35,566 bases of DNA from Fonticula alba ATCC 38817 (lineage: Eukaryota; Protista; Nucleariida), in NCBI GenBank assembly GCA_000388065.2, contig KB932206.1; one strand, written 5' to 3'. The notes beneath the pieces were generated by a model. The model was not told the origin of the DNA and made no database searches. It worked only from the letters and a program-made list of their open reading frames with translations. A program made the translations under genes and the position numbers. Below are positions 24,246 through 34,600 of this stretch, piece after piece. Within the stretch, counting starts at the first letter, position 1, and each line of letters begins with the position of its first letter.

Positions 24246-27071
24246 TACACACATGATCACAGCTTATCTGCCCGGTTCTGGTCTCGCGCGTTCACCGGCC
24301 ACAGTTACGCACCCGCTCCCAGGCATCTGGTGTCGTCTTCCCCCCCCCCCCCCCGGGTTGGGTTACACATGCCCAGGTTACGCTGGGCTCTAAACTGCTG
24401 GGTCTCCCGCCGTATCCGATCGGCGCCGCCGGGGTTGATCGAGATCCCAGCGCGCGCGCACACCAAGGCAGCAGGACAACAGCGGCCCATGATGGAGGTC
24501 GCGCAGGCTATGCGGCCGCCGGGCCCGGCACCGGGGCCGATCGCCCGCTGCCGGATCCCGGCGCACCCCGATCCGCCACATGGGCCGCGGCCGCTCGATC
24601 CAGGCCACCCGAAAAAAAAAAAGGAACACCCTTGGCCACTCGGCATGGGTAGGATGGTGTGCTGGGCGAGCCCCCCGGCTCCCCTTCGCGGGAGGCCGAA
24701 GAAGGGGCGTAGGAGCGGGGACGGGTGAGGCGGATAGCCCCCCCCCCCTCTTTCCTATGGCTGGGGGTGTCTGCTTCTGCCGATGCAGATTGCTCCCTGG
24801 GGTGTTCCCCGGGGGGCGGGAGGGGGGGGGGGGGGGGGCGGCCGATGCCGCCTTCGCCGGGAGAGCCCAGGCTCCCCAGGCGGCCGACTAGCCAGCGACT
24901 AGTGGAGACTAAGTGCACTGAAGGATGCTTGGCGGCAGGAATGCCGCGGGCTAGGTGGTCTCGGGTGTGTGCGGTGAGATCGCTTCTCGGCTCTCCTTCT
25001 CCGCGGCGGAAGCAGTGCTGCGGCACTTGAAGGATGGCATTCTCAGACGGACCCCACGCGTGTACCATGTACATGCTCTCTCTCTCCCTGCCCGGCCTAT
25101 TGCGTTGTGCCCATCCCTCCTTGGGGATCCCTCGGATCCCCGCAACCAGGCCAAGCTGGAGTCAGGGGGGGGGGTCTTTACTTTTCAATTCGACTCTCGG
25201 TCCGTCGGAGGCGGCTTCCAGGCCTCACCACATCTGCGGGAGGCAGAGAAGGGGGGGGGGAGGCGATCCACGCACGGCCCAGCGGGGAGATGCGTTTCTC
25301 ACAGAGAAGGACGGCCGAGGAGGGCGTCTGCATCCCGGGGCCACCGGGACATGGTGTCCCCACGGTGGGTGTTTTTGCTTTTGCGCCTGGATCGGATCGA
25401 GCGGCATGGCCGATGCGGAGAAGATATCCCGTACCACTTCTCCCACACAGATGCCGACAATTTCGCCCTCCCATCAGCCCGGAGAGGGGACATGGGCGAG
25501 CCGGAAATCGGTCTGGGGGGCAGCCGTCGGCCTTCCTTTTTGCTATGTGTTCCTGGGGCGTCGGGCGTGGGGGTGGAGGGGGGGTGTGCCTTTTAAACGC
25601 GCTAGATCCCGGGGGATGAGGTGCCCACACTAGGGTGGGCAGCCGCCTCCCCCCCCCCCCCATACACGGATACACACACTTCCCCGAGGAGATGAGGGGC
25701 CCCAGGCGCAGGGAACCATGGACTCGGCGTTTGGGCAGGGAAAAGGGCACCCGCGCTTGCCTCGAGCCCATGCCGGGTCTTCTGTCCGGCCAAAGGTCTT
25801 CACCGGCCCTCCCCTCCACGGATCCCCCTCCACGGGGGTCCCTTTTGGTGCCGGGGGGGGGGGGGGTCTGGATCGCCAGGAGGAGGCGGGGGATGGGGAT
25901 ACGGGGGGCATCCTGGCCAAGGACGTGTGCCCTGTTGTCCCTCCCCCCCCTCGCCCATCACTTGCACGAAACGCCTCTGGTGCCCTCCGTGCCGAGCAAG
26001 CCCCGGGTATGAGGAGGGAGGAGACGCTGGGAGTGGGACAGCGAAGCCACCGAGCCGGCCTCGGGAGGGAGCTCCGGGGGCGCGGCGCTTGAACAGGGGA
26101 GGGCAACGGACGAGGGGCACAGGCCGGGGACCGGCGACCGGCGACCGGCGACCGGTGGCGGGAGGCGCAGGGGAGGGGAGGTGGGGCTGGTGGAGGCATG
26201 CGCCGCCTCCGGGGCCCGACCCCCCCCCCCCCTCCCGGGACCGAGCGAAGCGCCTTCCAGGAGCGCACCTATTAAACAATCCCCGCCGCGTGCTTCCGTC
26301 CGCCGCATATTGGACCATCACCCTGAGAGCGCACTCCATCCGGACCGTTTCTCCCCTCCCCCTTTTGCTTCCTCCGCTCGCAGCCTCCTGTGCGTGTCTG
26401 TGTCTGTGTCTGTGTGTGTGCCCGTTGAAGCGTGCCTGCCCGACACCGTTCCCTCCCCCTCGCCTCCCCGCCATCCCCGGTGTGACACCCTCACGCCTGT
26501 CGAGGTACGCCCCTGCCGCTCCCTTCCCCCGCCCCCCGCCCCTCTGCCATCCCCTCCCCAGTGGCCTGGCCACGACAGGGCCTCTCTCCCTTTCGCCGCC
26601 CCTCCGGCGAGCCCCCCTCTCCCGCGCGCGCGCGCGCGCGCGAGTGCCGGCCAAGCCTCCCCGAGATCGCCCCGATCGCCCCGATCGCCGACGCCCACGC
26701 CCCGGCAGCTGCCGTCGGATGGGACCGATCGGAGCGTGCCAGAGCTCCGTCCCCGCACGCGCGCGCACGCGCGCGCTAGGAGATCCAACACGCCCCCCCC
26801 CCCCCCCCCCCCCCGGGCTCCCGCCGAGATCGGGGGAGCATGCGAGGACGGCACGACGGGGGCTGGCAATCTAAAAGGGAGCCCGGCAACACGCCACTGC
26901 CCCGGGGGGGGCTTGCTGTCCAGGGTCCCTCCTCTCCCCTTCCCCCTCTTCTCCTTCTCTTTGGCCTCTCCCCCGCCGTGCACCCCTCCTGACAAATGCC
27001 GCCCCCTCAGTCAAGCAACCCCCTCCCCCTCCCGGTGTGTCTGTGGACGTGAGTTAGCCTCGAACGGCCTC

Positions 27072-27126
27072 NNNNNNNNNNNNNNNNNNNNNNNNNNNNN
27101 NNNNNNNNNNNNNNNNNNNNNNNNNN
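27072..27126. other. Assembly gap (N) just upstream of the beta-helix gene ATG
   Basis: N run followed by C-rich tract. Confidence 1.
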
Positions 27127-27167
27127 CCCCTCCCCCTCCCCCCCACCTCCCCTCTCGAAAGACAAAC

Positions 27168-30100
27168 ATGTCGATCCCCGTCTTCTGGTCCTCGGAGCAG
27201 GCCCTGCCCGATGACACTGTCATGGTCGGCGGAGCCGAGTTCTCCAAGAACACCGTGGTCATGATCTCGCGGCTGAATGACGACCCGCCGCGGGCCTTCG
27301 AGAGCCTGGCCCAGCGTGTCCATCGCCCGGCACAGGCCTCCTATGTCGGCACCGCGCGCGAGAAGTCCCCCCGGCGGGTGACGGCCCTGTCGCAGATTTT
27401 CGACCACTCGCCGGTGGCCGAGCAGCACCAGCACCACCATGCCGGGCACCAGCATGGCAACCCGCACGAGGAGTTCCTGTGCGCCAGCGACGCGGACCTC
27501 CGCCAGCTGATGGTCAGCGAGATGGCCGCCGAGGTCATCCAGTTCACGTCGTCCTCTTTGAAGTTCGTCGTGCCGGCCTCCTTTGCCGAGGGTGTTTTTG
27601 CCTTCTACCTGGCGGACACCACGCGCAATGCCCGGAGCGCCGTGCGGCTGATCAACCGGCCGGTTGTTTGGTGGCTGCACAAGCGCGTGGCCCAGCCGGC
27701 CGGGTCTTTCCAGATCTTCGGCAAGGCCCTGGCCCCGTACTCGGGCATCGCCGCCCGGCGCGCGGCCGCCAGCACGGCCTCCCGGTCCGCGTCGCAGGAT
27801 GACGCCGGCGAGCGCTGGTACGATGCCAGTGACGCGGCCGGTGTCGGGGCCGGGGCCCGGGCCCATGCCGCCGGCCCGAAGGCCGGCGCCGGCGCCGGCG
27901 CCGGCGCGGTGGCCCGCATCGCCGAACGCCTTGGCCATTTGGATCTGGGCCACCGGCAGCCGGCGGCCGCCGGCGGCGGGGGCGGCCGGGGGCTGCCCTC
28001 GACATCGGGCACGGCATCTCCGCCGGCGCTTCCGCCCCGGCGCCACCACTCCTTCGACGAGCAGCACCACGACGACGACGACTCCCCTGCTGCCACCACC
28101 GGCGGCGGCAACCTGGAGGATGACGGCGACATGCTGGCCGAGTCTTCGTCCGTGGAATCCTTCGTGCAGCTGACCCCGCCCGGGTCGGCGCGCGAGGGGG
28201 CCGTGGTGTGGGGCCGCGAGGCGGCCGTGGGCCGTCATTCCCAAGCCTCCGGCCTCTCTTCGTCCTCCTCCTCCTCGGGCAGCGTCGAGGCCCAGGCCAA
28301 CCATGGCGTGCGCATCCGCTTTGTGCGCAAGAACGACGGCCTGACCCGTGTCTTCGTCCTGCAGGATGCCAGCATCAACCAGTACTACCTGACGATGCAG
28401 CTCCCGCGCGACATGCAAACCGGCGAGTGGTATGTCGACGTCCACAATGGGTGCGTGTGTTTTCCGCCGGCCCCCGGCCGTGTGTGTGTGTGTTTCCCCC
28501 TTCCTCTTGCCCCCCTTCCTCCTGCCTGCGCGATCGCAGACACGGCGGGGGATGCGCACCGATGGCCATCCCATCGTGTTCGGCCCCTTTCTGACGCGCC
28601 CCTCGCTCGATGTGGTGGACATGCGCATTCGTGGGGGGCCCTCTTTCCCTCCCCCGGCATGTATTCCCCCTCCCCCTCTCCCTCCCTCCCTCCCTCCAGC
28701 TTTGGCGGTCCGACCACCTGGACCCCCTGCCCGGATCTGCTGACCATCGCCAATTTGAATGACAACTGGCCGACCAAGGTCTTCAATGTCAAGGCCCTCG
28801 GTCTGGACAAGGCCCTGGCCGCGGCCAAGGACAATGGCGGCGGCGTGGTGTACTTCCCCTCGGGCAAGTACTGGTTCTCTTCGCCGATCACGGTTCCCCC
28901 CCGGACGACCCTCCTGGGCGAGGGGATGGACACGGTGTCGCTGAATTACAGCAATGCCAACAACCCGAACAACAGCTACCTGATCACCGGCACGTCCATG
29001 CGCGTGGAGCACTTGACCATCTACTGCATGTCGCCGTATGTCAATGTGTTCCTCTGCCCGCGCGGGTCTTCCGACTGCCGGTTCCTCAGCGTGCGCTTCC
29101 GGTCCAACTGCTACATGAAGATGTTCACCGGCGACCCGAGCGACCGGACGCAGCATCTCCGCAGCCGGTCGGTCTTCAACATGATGACCGACAACTTCGA
29201 GATCCGGGACTGCGACATCTACTGCAACAACTTCTGCCTCTTCCTGGAGGGTGCCAGTGACGGTGAGATTGTCAACAACAAGTTCTACTTCGGCGGCCAG
29301 GGATACAGCCTCAATGCCTGCGACCGGCTGTCCATCATCGGGAATTCCTTCATCGGCAACACCTTCGATGCTGTGGGCAATGGCATTAGCAGGTGAGTGA
29401 TTTTGTCTTTACTTGCTCTGCGGCGGGGGGGGGGGGGGGGCCTGCTCTCTCCTCTCTTCCCCTTTCTTCACCAACGGGGGGGGGGGGCGGGTTGCCTGCC
29501 TGTGGTGTCGCCCCCTCCCCTCTCCGCCCCTTCCGCCAGAGACACATTCCCCATGATGTATACTGACACAGCCGCCCGCCACGATGCCCACCCCCACCTC
29601 CCGCCCCTCCGCGCTCAGCAACTCCTACAACATGAACAAGAAGTACTCCGAGCGCATCTTCTACTTCGACAACTTCCACCAGCATGTGTACGGCAACAAC
29701 CGCGAGATCATGACCCTGGATGGGGCCGGCGGGTGCTACTATGGCGGGGTGTCGGCCGTCCGGGGCAACACCGTCACCATCAGCGGCAACCCCAACTACA
29801 AGCCGGACACCATGCCGGACACCATCAAGCGCGACTGGCGCAACGGCATGATGGCCATCATCAAGGGCAAGGGCGCCGGCCAATACCGGCGCATTGTGTC
29901 CAGCACCGACAAGGAGTGGGTCTTGGATGAGCCCTTCGTCGTGACCCCGGACTCCAGCAGTGTCATCACCATCACCTACTACCGCGGGCACTACCTCTTC
30001 CTGGGCAATGTCTGGGAGGATGGCGGCCCGGTGCAGCTGTACGGCTGCGCCATGGAGTGCGTGGTGGCCGAGAATGTGGGCCGGCGCATGGGCGGCTTTG

Positions 30101-30483
30101 CCAACTGGTCGCTGGACCCGCATAACATGGGCCTGCAGCCGTCCTTCAACAATGTCTTCAGCGAGAACCTCGTGGAGGAGGGCCTCGGCTTCGGGACCGA
30201 CTACTCGGTCTTCTGGTGCACGGGCTTCCACGCGGTCCCGGATGAGCACATCACCCGGTTCATCGAGTGGCGCCGCAACCACTCCCTCAACAACGCCTAC
30301 TTCCGGAGCACCAAGAACATGACCGACTGTGTCTTCGAGAAGAACGACTTCCGCAACGCCGACCTCTTCATGAACACCAAGGAGATCACCAGCAAGGATT
30401 GCGTCCTGCGCAAGAACAAGCTGACCAACATCCCGCGTCTGATCGACGGCCCGGGGGCCACCCTGTGGAAGATCATCATCTAA
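27168..30483 (+). CDS. Right-handed parallel beta-helix protein (pectate lyase superfamily / Pectate_lyase_3-like putative carbohydrate-active enzyme) with N-terminal beta-sandwich-like region, 946 aa. Exons 27168-28450, 28700-29392, 29619-30483
   Basis: Introns 28451-28699 (GTGCGT..CAG) and 29393-29618 (GTGAGT..CAG, TACTGAC branch) are both phase 2; 2,841 nt = 947 codons. Pectate_lyase_3-type cap NGGGVVYFPSGKY....PITVPPRTTLLGEG. Repeated beta-helix rungs with Asn/Cys ladders: FEIRDCDIY, GEIVNNKFY, LSIIGNSFI, YLFLGNVWE, CVVAENVGR, NVFSENLVE, CVFEKNDFR, CVLRKNKLT. The start codon may be preceded by further exons. Confidence 0.85.
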
Positions 30484-31611
30484 GCGGGTGCGGGAGGAGG
30501 GGGGGGGGCCGGAGCGCCATGCCAATGCGCGGCATTCTGTGTGCGTGTGCATGTGCTGCTCTCTCCCCCCTCTTCCGGCCTCGCCCCGCGTGTGTCTCCC
30601 GGGGGCCTTCTTCTCCTTCGGGGGCGAAAAGGGCACACGAGCATATCTATCCTCCCTGCACACTTCCTCTTTGCTCTCCTCCCCCCCCCCCTCTTTTTGT
30701 ACCATATAGTCTCCCCTCTTCTTGCGCGCGCGCGCATCCCCCATTCCCAGGCCAAAAAGACAAAAAATATATCCCTCTTTTTCTCTCCCCCACGGAGCAT
30801 CCCAGCGGCTTTTATGTTTTTCTGTTGTGTTTCCTGCGTCGTGTGCAGCATCCGATGGACAGAAGCGGGAAGAGGGGTAGGGGGGGGGAGAGCGAAAGAG
30901 AGAAAGTGCCTTCAGCACAGGAAGATGATGACCCTCTCCTGCACCTGCCCAATGTCCGATGGTCAAGCAAACGAGGAGGGCATGGAAGGGCATCCGCGGC
31001 CGGTTGTCCTCGACAACCTCTCGGACGCGCCGCCTGGCCTCTCAAAGCACCTCCGATAGCCCCGATTGTCCCTGCCGGTTTCGATACTGCCATGTCTCTT
31101 CGCCCTTTCCCCCCTCCCCCTCCCACGTCCCACTGAATGCAGTCCGCCCCCCGCCCGTCGCACCCCCCGTGCAATCCATGCGCACACACACACACACACA
31201 CACACACAACGCGCTGGGCCGAGAAGGGGAGCGCGGCAAGAAAAGCAAGATCGGAAGAGGGAAGCTGCATTATTGTGAAAAGAACACAATCTCAAGGACA
31301 GACGCGCGCGCGTGCGCGCACGCGTGCGCGCGCGCGGCGAGAGGCGGGAGACCGGACAGACAGGGGCGCGGAGGGGAAGGGCGGAACACACCAGGGGGGA
31401 GCAGGAGGAGGCCAAGGGAGGCAGGCGCGGACGAAAGGACGCCATCAAGCGAAAGGAAGGGGAAGAAACTAAGCTCGCAGGCCCTTCTCTCTCTCTCTCG
31501 CTCCCTCGTGCCCCCTCTGATGCCCCCCTCCGTCTCCCCTGATCCCCGATCACCAAGATGCAGGGGGGGGGAGCGCACACACACACACACACATACACGC
31601 GCACACGCCTC

Positions 31612-34600
31612 TCAGAAGTAGCTCTCGCGGTGCCGGCGCAGCTGGTTGACCACACGGATCTGAGTACGCACATCGGAGATGGCGGTCTCCCACAGGAGCC
31701 GGCCCCGGGTGACGGACTCCGTCTCGATCGGGGGGACCTTCTTCTCGGAGATGGGGATCACCCGCACCACCAGGCCCAGGGGCCAGGACAGGAAGCCGAT
31801 GCCAATGCAAATGAGCCACTGGTACCAGTTGAGCGGGTGCGTGCGGAAGGCCGCCCCGCCGAACTCCACCACCAGCACCTGGATGGCCACGGTCAGCAGC
31901 ATGATCAGGATGAAGGACAGGTGGCGGTGCAGGCCGCGGAAGATATTCACCGACCGGTCCAACACACGGCAGTTGACCTCGTTGAAGAACTGCATGAAGA
32001 CGAAGGTGTTGAAGACAATGGTCCGGTGGACACCGCGGTCCACGCTGCTGGTGCTGTCCAGGTCAAACAGCCCAAAGCCCAGGTAGTAGAGGATGAAGCA
32101 CACCAGCAGCTGGAAGGCCGACTGGCCGAGGATGTTCTTCCACATCTGCCGGGAAATGAGCGACCCGGTCTTCGGGTGCGGCGGGCGCTGGAGCAGCTCG
32201 TCGGTCGGCGGCTCGGTGGCCAGGGCCAGCGCGGCCAGCGTGTCCATGATGAGGTTCACCCAGAGCAGCTGCACGGCCGACAGGACGGCCGTGCCGTCCG
32301 GATCGGAAATGGCACTCACGAAGGACAGCGTCACGGCCACCACATTGATGGTGAGCTGGAATTGCAGGAACTTGCGCACCGCGTCGAAGACACCACGGCC
32401 CCACACCACGGCGCGGACGATGGACGCGAAGTTGTCATCCATCAGGATGATGTGAGCCGCCTCCTTGGCCACCTCGGTACCGGCAATGCCCATGGCGAAG
32501 CCGACATTGGCCAGCTTCAGGGCCGGGCCGTCGTTGGTCCCGTCACCGGTGACCGCCACCACGTGGCCCATCTCCTTCAGGTGCCGGACCAGCAGCTGCT
32601 TGTCGGTGGGCGACGACCGGGCCAGGACCTCGAGGCTCGGCAGGATGCGGCTCATCTGCAGCGGGTTCAGCCGGCGGAACACCTGGCCCTCCATGACGAT
32701 GCCGGTGGGGCTGAGGATGCCGCACTCGCGGGCGATGGCCCGCGCGGTCATCAGGTTGTCGCCGGTGACCATGCGCACGCGGATGCCGGCCTGCTGGCAC
32801 TGGCGCACGGCGTGCGGCACCTCCGGACGCAGGGGGTCCTGGATGCCGACAATGCCGATGAGCGTCATGTTGGCCTCGGAGGGGAACTCGTCGTCAGTGA
32901 GCGACTCGATTTCTGCATGTATATGTGCGCGCGGGGGGTGGGGGTGGGGGGGGGGGGATCAGAGGTCAGTGGGGGGGCCCGTAGCCTCAGGCGTATGCCA
33001 AGAGCGGGAGGGGTGCAGGAGAGAGGGAGAGAGAAGCAAAAAGAGACAGAAAAAGAGAGGGAGAGAGAGAAAGAGAAACGGCTGGCGGGCGCTGGCGAGA
33101 GCAGACCCAAATGCAAGCACGCACCGTCCGCCTCGAAATCCCGGTATGCCATGCAAATGGCACGCAGGGCATTGTTGGCGAAGGACTCGATCGACACCAG
33201 GTACGAGCGGATGATCTCCTCGGTCATGGGGGCCACATAGTAGGGGGCATGGTCGGCCGCATTGCCGGCGGCGGCGGCTCCCTCGCCGATGGCCACCGAG
33301 GACGACCGGGAAATGGACACCGACCCGGGGAGCGGGTCCGGCGACAGGTACGACAGGCAGTTGGCCAGAACCATCTCCGCGGCACCCTTGCAGTAGAGAC
33401 GGTACTTGCCGTTGTTCAGCCGCACGACGGTGGACATGCGCTTGCGATCCGAGGAGAAGGGCACCAGCCGGACAATCGGGTTGGCCTGGCGCACGATCGA
33501 GTAGTCGAAGCCGGCCGCCGCGCGAATGTACTCCAGAAGAGCCACCTCGGTCTTGGACCCGAGGAAGGTCGTCACACCGTCCTCGACGGTCTCGGCGGCG
33601 TTGGAGTTGATGCAAATCCCGTGGGCAAGGATCTCGGTCAGCCCGGTGCCAATCTGCTGCGGGATGTTCCGGCTGCCCTCGATGTCGGTGAAGGACTTGG
33701 NNNNNNNNNNNNNNNNNNNNNNNNNNNNNNNNNNNNNNNNNNNNNNNNNNNNNNNNNNNNNNNNNNNNNNNNNNNNNNNNNNNNNNNNNNNNNNNNNNNN
33801 NNNNNNNNNNNNNNNNNNNNNNNNNNNNNNNNNNNNNNNNNNNNNNNNNNNNNNNNNNNNNNNNNNNNNNNNNNNNNNNNNNNNNNNNNNNNNNNNNNNN
33901 NNNNNNNNNNNNNNNNNNNNNNNNNNNNNNNNNNNNNNNNNNNNNNNNNNNNNNNNNNNNNNNNNNNNNNNNNNNNNNNNNNNNNNNNNNNNNNNNNNNN
34001 NNNNNNNNNNNNNNNNNNNNNNNNNNNNNNNNNNNNNNNNNNNNNNNNNNNNNNNNNNNNNNNNNNNNNNNNNNNNNNNNNNNNNNNNGGGGGGGGGAGG
34101 GGGGAAGAGACAGCAATGCAGAGCACCGCGGCGTGGACCTGGAGGGGGAGAGGCACATCGGCCCCGGGAAAGAAAGAAAGAGCACGCACCTGGACAACGG
34201 TCATGCGGTTCTGGGTCAGGGTACCGGTCTTGTCCGAGCAAATGGTCGTCGCACCACCCATGGTCTCGCAGGCGGCCAGGATTCGGACAAGGTTGTTGTC
34301 GCGCAGCATCTGAATGGTGGCATAGGCCAGGGCCAGGGTGACGGCCATGGGCAGGCCCTCCGGCACGGCCATCACCACGACCGCCACGGCGGTAATGATG
34401 AACCCCACGATGTCTTGGACGATGGCCGACGCGCCGCTGGGCCAGGACTTGTTGATGGCTGAATGGGCGCCACGCCCATCCATGCACCGGCACACACGCA
34501 CAGACATCGAGACACGGAAGCAGGCAACGAGGCGACCAGACCGAGCGACCGGAACACCAACGGCGGCCAGGGGGGGCCCGATATGGAGATGATGATATGT

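Noticed and set aside
25180-25232. TTCGA followed by a terminal ACCA, superficially tRNA-like
   Set aside because: Spacing from T-loop to 3' end is wrong and no cloverleaf stems can be formed.
25301-25309. ACAGAGAAG matching the U6 snRNA ACAGAGA box
   Set aside because: Not followed by the invariant AUUAGCAUGG catalytic segment and no U6-like flanks; chance 9-mer.
24330-26995. ORFs in the long intergenic region (e.g. 24955-25596, 25927-26874, 25800-26768)
   Set aside because: No codon bias like the real genes, cross homopolymer and dinucleotide runs, no recognisable motifs.
27168-30483. Beta-helix gene as bacterial contamination or chimeric assembly
   Set aside because: It has two spliceosomal introns with the host's donor, branch and acceptor style, host-like low-complexity inserts, and continuous sequence into the host Ca2+-ATPase 3' region; only the upstream gap remains unverified.
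31558-34313. Plus-strand ORFs of 560 and 400 aa opposite the Ca2+-ATPase
   Set aside because: Antisense shadows of a well-conserved P-type ATPase.
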